DNA of 64,000 nt from an uncultured Bacteroidales bacterium (GTDB lineage: Bacteria; Bacteroidota; Bacteroidia; Bacteroidales; VadinHA17): the NCBI GenBank assembly GCA_963702415.1, contig CAVPCP010000014.1, forward strand, positions 131,798-195,797, in the 5' to 3' direction. The notes beneath the pieces are model-generated. The model was not told the origin of the DNA. It did not search any database and was given only the letters and a program-made list of their open reading frames with translations. Below are positions 1-8,974 of the stretch, piece by piece. Both the position numbers and the translations under genes were made by a program. Within the stretch, counting starts at the first letter, position 1, and each line of letters opens with the position of its first letter.

Positions 1-83
1 TGAAGGACATGATGAGTGTTGAAATTCTCAAAATCCTTCCTGGAGATCAGATTAATTTTGCTGTTCCAGGTCTGGTAAATTGA
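1..83 (+). CDS. C-terminal end of an unidentified protein (gene begins upstream of the window)
   Basis: Frame 3 is open from the window edge to TGA at 81-83 (..KDMMSVEILKILPGDQINFAVPGLVN*). No family recognised. Confidence 0.3.
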   Translation, partial: KDMMSVEILKILPGDQINFAVPGLVN

Positions 84-154
84 TTTAAGTTCTGAAAACT
101 GATTAATACAGGAGGGGGAGAGATCAGGGAAATATCGGAGAATAATTTCAGTCA

Positions 155-751
155 CTATCTGCTTTCCGTTTTGGTAAAAATATTATACAAAAGTGATTTT
201 GCCCTGTAAAGCTGTGCTTTGACTGTACCGATCGGTAATTTAAGTTCGGCAGCAATCTCTTCGTATGAATACTCCTTGTAATATCTTAAATCGATAAGAT
301 GCCTGTAACGTGGTTTAAGCTGGTTAACTATATCGCGAAGAACAGCAATCTTCTGATCATTGATAAGGGTTTCTTCAGGATCGGGAAGGTCGGACTGAAT
401 ATTTACGGTTACAGAGTCCAGATCGTCCTGAAGCTGATCAATGGGAGTGGGGGAGACCTGTTTCTTCCTTATAAAATCAATACAGTTGTTTGTGGCAATC
501 TTGAATAGCCATGTACTGAATGCAAAATCAGGAGAAAAGGAATCGATATTGCGGAACGCCTTGCCAAATGCTTCTATGGTAAGATCTTCAGCATCGGATG
601 AATTGTTCACCATTTTAAGAAGCATGTAATAGATCGAGTCCCTGTATCGGTTCAGCAGGCTTGAAAAAGCTTTTTCATTCCCGTTTTTTGCTGACTCGAC
701 AAGTAGCAGGTCATTTCTGGCCTTATCCGATAACCCATTGCCTAATTCCAT
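155..751 (-). CDS. ECF-type RNA polymerase sigma-70 family factor
   Basis: 198 aa. Region 2 (DAEDLTIEAFGKAFRNIDSF..FSTWLFKIATNNCIDFIRKK) and region 4 HTH (YSYEEIAAELKLPIGTVKAQLYRAK). Start overlaps the stop of the upstream GT2 gene by 10 nt. Confidence 0.9.
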   Translation of the reverse strand: MELGNGLSDKARNDLLLVESAKNGNEKAFSSLLNRYRDSIYYMLLKMVNNSSDAEDLTIEAFGKAFRNIDSFSPDFAFSTWLFKIATNNCIDFIRKKQVSPTPIDQLQDDLDSVTVNIQSDLPDPEETLINDQKIAVLRDIVNQLKPRYRHLIDLRYYKEYSYEEIAAELKLPIGTVKAQLYRAKSLLYNIFTKTESR

Positions 752-1945
752 TTGTTTTTACCGGCACTTTGACGTTGACTTCCTATGTATATTGCAGTAT
801 TAATAAACGGTGACAGGATATCAAATATTGGCATGAAAGGTAATAATCCCTTTTCATTGAGTTTTTTCTGAACAAGACTGAAAACAGTGAATTGAGTGAT
901 CATCCTGACTCCGAAAATAACCAGTAAAACAGGCCACAGGTAAAGATTTGCCAGCAAAATAATAAATGAAATATAAAACAGCACCCTGGTTGCAGGTTCG
1001 GCAATTAATAGTGCTTTGTCTTTGAACTTATAATGATTAGCTGTTGTCAGATGCCTTTTTTTCTGCTTGTAAAACTCAAATAAATTTGAAGCCGGCACTG
1101 AACGGGTATGCGATTCATTCCGGAATTCAACTGCGATGTTGTTTCCTGTGACGTTTGAGTTTATAAACAGATCATCATCGCCTGAGGCCAGGTGGTTATG
1201 AGTTCCGAATCCTTTCTTTTCAAAAAACAGTGATCTCCTGTAGGCAAGATTTCGTCCGACTCCCATATAAGGTACTCCGCTTATGGCCATACCCAGATAT
1301 TGCATTGCTATAGACAAGCTGTCGTATCTAATATACCTGTTCAGCAATCCGGTTTTGCTGAAATAACCACCGTACCCGAGGACAAAATCTGTTTTATCAT
1401 TAAAATGGGATGCCATCTTCCCGATCCAGCTTCACTTTCAGGATTGCAATCGGCATCAGTAAAGATCAGCATTTCATTTTTTGCAGCCTTAATGCCAATA
1501 AACTGGGCAAACTTTTTATTATGTGTGAATTCGGATCCTTGATGATATTTGAAACATGCAGGTTCGGATATTTCTTCAGAAACTCTCCTAAAACGTTATA
1601 TGAATCATCCTCTGAACAATCGTTCACAACAATTACTTCAAATCCGGGGTAATCCTGTTCCATGACGGCAGGAAGAAAATTTTTTAGATTTTCTTCCTCA
1701 TTCCTTGCACAAATAATGACGGACACAGGATCCTTCCTGACCGGATTGTCAGTGTGCCTGTAGAACACCGGGGCAAGGTAGAAAAGAAGATAAAAAACAA
1801 GCTGAACAAGAAGGGAGACTACAAAAACAATGAATAAGGTCAGCAGAAGCGGTTGGTTGGTGATTATCATTTGACTTCCAAATATGGCAGCAATATTACT
1901 AAGATATTCTGAATGCAAAAAAAGAGTTTGGGGTATCATAGTCAT
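742..1945 (-). pseudogene. Family 2 glycosyltransferase, reading frame broken twice (possible sequence error)
   Basis: ORF 1466..1945 (TM helices + VSVIICARNEEENL..VIVVNDCSEDDS) and ORF 742..1416 (..ASGDDDLF.. + C-terminal TM helices) are the two halves of one GT2. The missing middle, EFTHNKKFAQFIGIKAAKNEMLIFTDADCNPESE, is readable in a third frame between ~1430 and ~1532. Length 1204 nt = 3n+1. Confidence 0.8.
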
Positions 1946-2035
1946 AAAACGGTTAACTGACCAGAAAAATTATTGACATAATTTTCAACAGGTGCATGAA
2001 TGAATTACCTTTGGCATCCGGAAATGCAGGATTTT

Positions 2036-3163
2036 ATGTTTAATGTAAAGAGCAGGGATAAAGATACCAGGGCAAGAGCAGGCATGCTGGAAACTGCGCA
2101 TGGTGATATTCCCACCCCTGTCTTTATGCCGGTAGGAACTGCCGGAACCGTTAAAGGCATCCTTCAAAAAACCCTGACTGATGATATTGATGCAAAAATT
2201 ATTCTCGGGAATACTTATCATTTATATCTCCGCCCCGGTACTGAGATATTAAAGGCATCGGGAGGACTTCACAAATTCATTAACTGGAACAGGCCATTGC
2301 TGACAGACAGTGGCGGGTACCAGGTTTTTTCGCTTGCGGGAAACCGGAAACTAACATCCGAGGGTGCCATTTTCAGATCGCATATAGACGGGTCAAAACA
2401 TGTTTTCACTCCTGAGAACACGATTGACATTCAGCGTATTATAGGTGCCGATATCATGATGGTTTTAGATGAGTGTGCCCCCTTTCCCTGCGATTATGCT
2501 TATGCCCAAAAGTCGGTCACCCTGACTCACCAATGGCTCGACAGGGCGGTGTCAAGATACAAGGAGACTGATCCGTTGTGGGGTTATGGACAGTTGCTTT
2601 TTCCAATTGTCCAGGGCAGTACATTTGATGATCTGAGAAAAATATCGGCAGAAAAGGTTGCTTCGGCTGATATGGCCGGAAATGCAATCGGAGGTTTATC
2701 GGTGGGCGAACCTGCAGATGAAATGTACCGTATTATTGATGTAGTCAATGAAATACTTCCTGATGACAAACCGCGTTATCTGATGGGAGTTGGAACTCCT
2801 GTCAACATCCTTGAAGCCATCGAAAGAGGAATTGACATGTTCGATTGCGTAATGCCCACAAGGAACGGGCGCAACGGGATGCTGTTTACAAGCGAAGGTA
2901 TTATAAATATAAAGAACCGGAGGTGGACCGACGATTTCAGTCCTATTGATCCCTCCGGTCCTTCTGATATAAGCCTTTATTATTCAAAGGCATACCTGCG
3001 ACATCTTGTCATTTCCGGGGAGATCCTCGGTTCACAGATAGCAAGCATTCATAACCTTGCTTTCTATATAAAGCTGGTTTCTGAAGCAAGAAGAAGAATT
3101 GAAGAAGGTAATTTTAAGAAATGGAAAGACCAGATGGTAATAAAACTCTCGGAGCGTCTTTAG
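2036..3163 (+). CDS. tgt: Queuine tRNA-ribosyltransferase (tRNA-guanine transglycosylase)
   Basis: RARAGMLETAHGDIPTPVFMPVGT, LTDSGGYQVFSL, MPTRNGRNG motifs. Start chosen at the third in-frame ATG (2036) by alignment to typical Tgt N-termini; ATGs at 2000 and 2024 are also possible. Confidence 0.92.
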   Translation: MFNVKSRDKDTRARAGMLETAHGDIPTPVFMPVGTAGTVKGILQKTLTDDIDAKIILGNTYHLYLRPGTEILKASGGLHKFINWNRPLLTDSGGYQVFSLAGNRKLTSEGAIFRSHIDGSKHVFTPENTIDIQRIIGADIMMVLDECAPFPCDYAYAQKSVTLTHQWLDRAVSRYKETDPLWGYGQLLFPIVQGSTFDDLRKISAEKVASADMAGNAIGGLSVGEPADEMYRIIDVVNEILPDDKPRYLMGVGTPVNILEAIERGIDMFDCVMPTRNGRNGMLFTSEGIINIKNRRWTDDFSPIDPSGPSDISLYYSKAYLRHLVISGEILGSQIASIHNLAFYIKLVSEARRRIEEGNFKKWKDQMVIKLSERL

Positions 3164-4257
3164 CTTTACTGAAAATAAAGATTATTGACCGTTATATTGT
3201 CCGAAAATTTCTGGGCACATTCTTCTTTTCACTTCTCCTGATACTGACAATTGCCGTCGTATTTGATTTCGCCGAGAAGATTGATAATTTTATGGCAAAA
3301 AGTGCTCCGGTACATGCAATTATCTTTGATTACTATCTGAATTTCATTCCCTATTTTGCCACCCTCTTTTCCCCGCTCTTTGTTTTTATTTCCGTTATCT
3401 TTTTTACCTCGAAAATGGCGGCAAACACCGAGATTATTGCAATTCTGAACAGCGGTATGAGCTTCAGAAGGATGATGTGGCCATATTTCATTTCAGCATT
3501 GTTCATTGCACTATTTACTTTTATGCTAACCAATTTTGTCATTCCCAAATCAAACCTGCACAGGATCGAATTTGAAGACAAATATTACAGAACTTCAGCC
3601 AGACGCGTACCCGTTATGAATATTCACCGGCAGGTCTTTAAGAATGTCCTGATCTATATGGAATCCTTTAACCCGATAAGCCAGTCAGGAAGAAATTTTA
3701 CAATCGAGAGATTTGATGAGAATGGCAGGCTGGAGTCGAAACTTAACGGCAACATGGTCAGATACGATACTACTTCAAATAAATGGGTGGTGCTGAACTA
3801 TACTCTCCGTAACATCACCGACCAGGAAGATGAAATAATCCATGGCGACCGGATAGATACTGCCCTTTCAATAAAGCCATCTGATTTTTCAAGGAGCCCG
3901 GGATTTGTAGGTACCATGACTTATAATGAACTGAACGATTATATAAATCAGCTGAGGCTTCAGGGTTCTGATGAGCTCAATTTATTCCTGATTGAAAAAC
4001 ACAAGCGTTTTGCAAATCCCTTTGCTGTTTTTATCCTTACCCTGATAGGAGTCTCGCTTTCGTCGCGCAAGGTCAGGGGAGGGATAGGGATGAATATCGG
4101 GATTGGCCTTGGATTCAGCTTTTCATATATTTTGTTTATGCAGTTTGCTTCCCAGTTTTCGATAAAGGGAAACCTCGGACCAATGCTTGCAATGTGGATA
4201 CCAAATATCCTGTATGCAGTTATTGCACTGGTTTTGTACAGACTTGCTCCAAAATAG
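3121..4257 (+). CDS. LptF/LptG (YjgP/YjgQ) family permease
   Basis: KIKIIDRYIVRKFLGTFFFSLLLIL N-terminus, 6 predicted TM segments with a large periplasmic loop. The ATG at 3121 overlaps tgt by 43 nt, so the true start may be a non-ATG codon near 3166. Confidence 0.8.
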   Translation: MERPDGNKTLGASLALLKIKIIDRYIVRKFLGTFFFSLLLILTIAVVFDFAEKIDNFMAKSAPVHAIIFDYYLNFIPYFATLFSPLFVFISVIFFTSKMAANTEIIAILNSGMSFRRMMWPYFISALFIALFTFMLTNFVIPKSNLHRIEFEDKYYRTSARRVPVMNIHRQVFKNVLIYMESFNPISQSGRNFTIERFDENGRLESKLNGNMVRYDTTSNKWVVLNYTLRNITDQEDEIIHGDRIDTALSIKPSDFSRSPGFVGTMTYNELNDYINQLRLQGSDELNLFLIEKHKRFANPFAVFILTLIGVSLSSRKVRGGIGMNIGIGLGFSFSYILFMQFASQFSIKGNLGPMLAMWIPNILYAVIALVLYRLAPK

Positions 4258-4339
4258 TAGCAATCATCAGCCGAAAATCTTAAATTGCACCTTGTTTTTG
4301 GAACTCTGTTCCGGACAAATTACAAATAAACAGACCTGT

Positions 4340-5884
4340 ATGGCAGTAAATAAAAAGATCAGAGAGCTTCAGGAAAAGCGTGAGAAAATATTCCTTGGAG
4401 GAGGAGAGCAGGCAATTGAAAAACAGAAAGCCATGGGTAAACGGACCGCCCGCGAAAGGATCATGGCGCTTCTGGACAATGATTCCTTTATGGAGTATGA
4501 CATGTTCGTGGAACATGATGCCCGTGACTTTGATATGGATAAAAAATCGCTTCCAAGTGATGGGGTCATTATTGGATCAGGCACAATATACGGGGCACCC
4601 GTGGCAATTTTCGCCCAGGATTTTACAGTTGCGGGGGGATCTCTTGGACTAATGCATTCCAGGAAGATAACAAAGATAATGGACCATGCCCTCAAAATGA
4701 GAATGCCGCTTATCGGGATAAATGACTCAGGGGGTGCACGAATTCAGGAAGGTGTAAACTCACTTGCCGGATATGGAGAGATCTTTTTCAGGAACACAAT
4801 TTCGAGCGGTGTAATTCCCCAGATATCTGTAATACTGGGTCCATGTGCCGGAGGTGCTGTCTATTCACCGGCACTTACCGATTTTGTCTTTGTTGTCGAC
4901 AAAATTTCGAAGATGTTTATTACAGGCCCTGAAGTTATCAAGACTGTCCTTGGTGAAGAAATTTCGATGGAGGAACTCGGAGGCGCAAGGGTACACAGTG
5001 AGATCACAGGTAATGCCCACTTTTTTGCCCGAAGCGAGGAGGAGTGTTTTGAACAGATCAAAAAGCTCATAACTTTTATCCCCTGGAGTAACAGCAGGAA
5101 AGCCAGATCCTTTGAACCCGGAGAACCTGACAAGAGATATAATCCGGAAACTATAGTTCCCGATAATCCCACTCTGCCTTATGATGTAAAGGATGTGATA
5201 AGATCGATTGTCGATAAATCAGATTTCTTTGAAATAATGGAACTATATGCAAAGAATATTGTCATTGGTTTTGGCAGGATGGGAGGAAGAACAACAGGGT
5301 TTGTTGCAAACCAGCCTCTTGAAATGGCAGGTGTTCTGGATGTCGACTCATCCGACAAGGCTGCCAGATTCATAAGATACTGCGATGCATTTAATATACC
5401 AATTATTACTCTTGTCGATCTTCCCGGATATCTTCCGGGTGTCGACCAGGAACATGCAGGTGTTATCCGTCATGGTGCGAAAGTGCTGTATGCATACAGC
5501 GAAGCCACTGTGCCAAAAATTACAGTAATTCTAAGGAAAGCATATGGAGGGGGTTATATAGCTATGAGTTCACGCCATCTCAGGGCTGATTTCGTTTTTG
5601 CTTGGCCGACAGCAGAAATTGCAGTTATGGGACCTGAAGGTGCTGCAAATATTATTTTCAGGAAGGAGATAATGTCGTCAGACGATCCGGATGGCATGCG
5701 AAAACAAAAAGTGGAGGAATATAAGGCCAAGTTCGCAAATCCTTATGTTGCAGCAGCAAGGGGATATGTTGACGCTGTAATTGAACCAAAAGAAACCAGA
5801 CGATTCCTTTTGCATGCAATTGAAACATCAGAAAACAAGGTAGTTAAATTGCTGGGGAAAAAACACGGGCTTCCGCCATTTTGA
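4340..5884 (+). CDS. Acyl-CoA carboxylase carboxyltransferase subunit (methylmalonyl-CoA decarboxylase alpha / propionyl-CoA carboxylase beta family)
   Basis: 515 aa from MAVNKKIRELQEKREKI..; GKRTARERI..LLD, INDSGGARIQEG and GPCAGGAVYSPALTDF motifs. The longer ORF from 4187 overlaps the lptF/G-like gene and was rejected. Confidence 0.9.
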   Translation: MAVNKKIRELQEKREKIFLGGGEQAIEKQKAMGKRTARERIMALLDNDSFMEYDMFVEHDARDFDMDKKSLPSDGVIIGSGTIYGAPVAIFAQDFTVAGGSLGLMHSRKITKIMDHALKMRMPLIGINDSGGARIQEGVNSLAGYGEIFFRNTISSGVIPQISVILGPCAGGAVYSPALTDFVFVVDKISKMFITGPEVIKTVLGEEISMEELGGARVHSEITGNAHFFARSEEECFEQIKKLITFIPWSNSRKARSFEPGEPDKRYNPETIVPDNPTLPYDVKDVIRSIVDKSDFFEIMELYAKNIVIGFGRMGGRTTGFVANQPLEMAGVLDVDSSDKAARFIRYCDAFNIPIITLVDLPGYLPGVDQEHAGVIRHGAKVLYAYSEATVPKITVILRKAYGGGYIAMSSRHLRADFVFAWPTAEIAVMGPEGAANIIFRKEIMSSDDPDGMRKQKVEEYKAKFANPYVAAARGYVDAVIEPKETRRFLLHAIETSENKVVKLLGKKHGLPPF

Positions 5885-5887
5885 TAA

Positions 5888-6232
5888 ATGTTCAAGGAGA
5901 AACCTTATATAAATATGAAAGAAAACAAAGATCAAGGATTTTTAAATATTAACTCAACCCTCTATAAAACAAGGCTGAGCTCAAAATTTCTAAACAGGAA
6001 ATCCTACAGACCTGCCGATCCTAAAATTATTCTGAGCTTTATCCCCGGAACAATTCTGGATATTCTTGTGAAAAAAGGGCAGATTGTAAAGATTGGCGAT
6101 GACCTTATGATCCTCGATGCCATGAAAATGCAGAACAAACTGAAATGCGTGACTGACGGCATCATTAAAAAGATACTGGTGAATAAGGGAGACAGGGTCT
6201 CGAAAGGAACAGTTTTAATAGAGCTTGAGTAA
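5888..6232 (+). CDS. Biotin/lipoyl-attachment (BCCP-like) protein
   Basis: C-terminal biotinyl domain with the LDAMKMQN (AMKM) biotinylation motif. 4 nt downstream of the carboxyltransferase gene. Start could also be the ATG at 5924. Confidence 0.8.
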   Translation: MFKEKPYINMKENKDQGFLNINSTLYKTRLSSKFLNRKSYRPADPKIILSFIPGTILDILVKKGQIVKIGDDLMILDAMKMQNKLKCVTDGIIKKILVNKGDRVSKGTVLIELE

Positions 6233-6247
6233 GATCACAGCTCTCCT

Positions 6248-7055
6248 TCATAAATCACATATTTTCTGAGCTCTGCCGGGAATTGAAGGCTTTTCATAAA
6301 AGATACCGTAAACAGTCGATCCGCTGCCTGACATTGAACTGTAAACTGCCCCTGAGCCGTACAAAACTTGCTTTATAGTTCTGATTTCGGGGTGCATTAT
6401 AAAAATTGTTTTCTCAAAATCATTGAATACCAATTCTTTCCATTTTGAAACCGGATATCTGATTGTTTCATTCAGCGATTTTTCCGGTTGAGCAGGTACG
6501 CAATTCGCGTAAGCCTCCCTGGTGCTTATCTGTATACCGGGATTTACCAGTACTAAATAGAAGCCATTCAGAAAAATGGTTACCGGTTTAAGGATTTCAC
6601 CTCTTCCGGATGCAAATGATGGCTGGCAGTTGATAAAGAAAGGAGAGTCGCTTCCCAGGCTGGCTGCATATGCCTGCAATTCATGGGAGCTCAGCATGAG
6701 ATTGAAAGTCTTGTTTAATGACTTGAGCATACAGGCCGCATCTGAGGATCCTCCTCCGAGTCCGGCACCGGCAGGGATTCTTTTATGCAGGTGAATTCTG
6801 AGAAATGGGATCGGGTATTTCTTCCTCAGAATTTCCACCGCCCTGAGAACAAGGTTGTCATCAGGATTCCCGGGCAAATCAATACCGGTCAATGTCAACG
6901 AATCCTTATCTGCTCCTTCCAGACCTGGCGACAAATTCAATAGCATCGCAAAGATTTACAGGATAAAAGACAGTCTCAATGTCGTGATATCCGTCCGGCC
7001 GCTTACCTGTAATATTCAGTCCCAGGTTAATTTTTGCTTTTGGAAAAACAACCAT
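6248..7055 (-). pseudogene. ispE: 4-diphosphocytidyl-2-C-methyl-D-erythritol kinase, one frameshift near 6928-6934 (probably artefact)
   Basis: ORF 6248..6946 carries the GHMP-kinase motif PAGAGLGGGSSDAA. The canonical N-terminus [42 protein letters not shown] is in another frame from the ATG at 7055. Length 808 nt = 3n+1. Confidence 0.85.
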
Positions 7056-7270
7056 CTCAGGGTATTTGATACAAAAATACCATATGGTTTGGATTTTGAT
7101 ATCTGCAAAACATATAATTTGGTTTTTTCAACAAGTTTTAAACATAAAAATGTTTGTAAGAATAAACACGGTTCAGGATCAATCAGTAGGGTTATCTTTA
7201 CCTTTGGTCAGCCCTGATGAATGATGCAATTCATCTTATAAATATCAATAAATCAGCATTATAATTGTTA

Positions 7271-8795
7271 ATGGCAAAACAAAAACAAAGTTCCCGGCCA
7301 GTAATCAACACATTACCCGATTTCGGCAAAGTACCACCCCAGGCTATCGATATGGAAGAAGCTGTTCTTGGGGCAATAATGCTCGAAAAAGAGGCAGTCA
7401 TCACAATACTCGATATCCTGAAACCGGCCAGTTTTTACAAAGAGGCTCATCAGAAGATATTCAAGGCAGTATCGGACCTTTCATCACGCGAATATCCTGT
7501 CGATCTATATACAGTTACTGAGGAACTTCGGGCTCATGAGGAGCTTGAAAGTGTCGGAGGACCGGTATACCTTACTCAGCTCACTTCAAAAGTCGTCTCT
7601 GCTGCCAATGTTGATTACCATGCACGAATTGTTGCCCAGAAGTATATACAGCGTGAGCTTATAAGAGTCTCGACGGAAATTCAGAACAGGTCTTTTGATG
7701 ACTCGATTGATGTTACGGAGCTTCTCGACTTTTCAGAGAATGAACTTTTTCAGATTGCCGAAGGAAACATAAAGAGAGAGGTCTCGCCAATCAATATGGT
7801 TATAAAAGAGGCCATCAGGGAAATTGAAGAGGCCGGCAAGAGGGAAGATGCCCTCGTCGGTATACCCTCTGGTTTTACCAAGCTTGACCGGCTTACTTCA
7901 GGCTGGCAGAAGTCGGAACTTATCATTATAGCTGCCCGTCCCTCGATGGGAAAGACTGCATTCGCTCTTACCATGGCGCGGAATATGTCAATTGATCATG
8001 GAAAAAAGGTTGCTATTTTCTCATGTGAAATGTCGTCTATCCAGCTGGTTAACAGGCTGATCATTGCTGAAACGGATATCCCTGGCGAAAAAATAAAAAA
8101 CGGCCGTCTTTCTGAGGAAGAATGGAAACAGCTTGATACAAGGATAAAGAGACTGGTACAGGCACCAGATATTTATTGACGATACTCCTGCGATTTCTAT
8201 TTTTGAGTTAAGGGCAAAATGCCGCCGGCTGAAGGCCCAGCATAAACTTGATATTGTGATTGTTGACTATCTACAATTGATGTCAGGTCCGGAAAATGCA
8301 GGCAGCCGTGAGCAGGAAGTCAGTAACATTTCAAGATCGCTTAAAAGTATAGCCAAAGAGCTTAATGTCCCTATACTGGCACTTTCACAGCTTAACAGAT
8401 CGGTAGAGATGAGAGGCGGAACCAAAAGGCCCCTGCTTTCCGATCTGAGGGAATCAGGGGCTATTGAACAGGATGCCGACATGGTTGTATTCATTCATCG
8501 CCAGGATAAATTCGGTATCCCAACTTTTGAAGACGGCAGTTCGACAAAGGGTATAGCTGAAATAATCCTCGCTAAAAACCGAAACGGACCCGTCGATGAT
8601 GTCCGCCTGAGGTTCCGTGAGGAAAAGGCGCAATTCCTTGACATCGAAGATTTTGATCTTGAAAGCAACCTGGAGCTCGGAGAGGGGTCGCAGAGCATTA
8701 CACTTGGTTCAAAAATGAATCGCGATAATCACAGGCGAAATGGGGGTGGATTTGACCAGGAATCGGATATCCTCAATGATCCTCCATTTGCATAA
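7271..8795 (+). pseudogene. dnaB: Replicative DNA helicase DnaB, single-nt frameshift near 8166-8170 (probably artefact)
   Basis: ORFs 7265..8179 (N-domain, Walker A ARPSMGKTAFAL) and 8256..8795 (IVDYLQLM.., SQLNRSVE, RESGAIEQDADMV). The linking segment IFIDDTPAISIFELRAKCRRLKAQHKLDIVIVDYLQLM is read by shifting frame after ..LVQAP. Length 1525 nt = 3n+1. Confidence 0.9.
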
Positions 8796-8843
8796 AAAAA
8801 TAACATATTAAAGCTTGGTGTTACTCTTTAAATATAGCTTTCG

Positions 8844-8919
8844 TTCCCCCCTTCCCCCTAAAGGGGGTTGAATAACATATTGATACACAATGAGTCCCCT
8901 TTAGGGGAGGGGTTGAGGG
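8844..8919. repeat. GC-rich nested-palindrome intergenic element, copy A
   Basis: Left arm TTCCCCCCTTCCCCCTAAAGGGGG (8844-8867). Right arm CCCCTTTAGGGGAGGGGTTGAGGG (8896-8919) is its imperfect inverted copy. Each arm has its own C-run/loop/G-run hairpin. Lies between convergent dnaB and the DUF5686 gene. Confidence 0.7.
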
Positions 8920-8974
8920 CCAGCAACAACAAAATGTTTTATTTTTTGATTTATCCTTTAACTTCATGGTAAAA

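Noticed and set aside
1527-1538. GAATTCGGATCC (adjacent EcoRI and BamHI sites, polylinker-like, as in the GGATCCGAATTC of some expression vectors) sits exactly at one of the GT2 frameshift sites.
   Set aside because: The flanks continue seamlessly as GT2 coding sequence (..IIKDP/EFTHNKKF..) with no further vector-like sequence such as a GAGCTC/GTCGAC continuation. It is most likely coincidence. It is worth a VecScreen check only because it coincides with an indel.
4187-4339. N-terminal extensions offered by the ORF track: 4187 for the carboxyltransferase, 23625 for DUF1573, 24885 for meaB, 49911 for recA, 45078 for smpB, 20065 for ferredoxin and 2000 for tgt.
   Set aside because: The extensions overlap upstream genes or intergenic promoter DNA and have odd composition. 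Internal ATGs give N-termini that match the family norm.
8170-8260. The idea that the broken genes reflect stop-codon reassignment (for example TGA read as sense) rather than frameshifts.
   Set aside because: Reading through the stops in frame gives non-homologous sequence (for example ..APDIY*RYSCDFYF*..). Changing frame restores textbook conserved motifs in every case. TGA, TAA and TAG all terminate well-conserved genes at the expected lengths.
7271-8795. A possible intein or intron in dnaB (and in recA at 48820..49830), since both are common intein hosts and dnaB is split.
   Set aside because: The reconstructed lengths (~507 aa and 336 aa) are normal, and the gap between the dnaB ORFs encodes ordinary DnaB sequence in another frame. 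There are no Hint or endonuclease motifs.
8844-8919. The GC-rich repeats considered as a CRISPR array or a tRNA/ncRNA gene.
   Set aside because: Each locus has only two copies, in inverted rather than direct orientation. There is no regular repeat-spacer periodicity, no cas genes, and no cloverleaf with an anticodon arm or conserved T-loop (GTTCRANYC).
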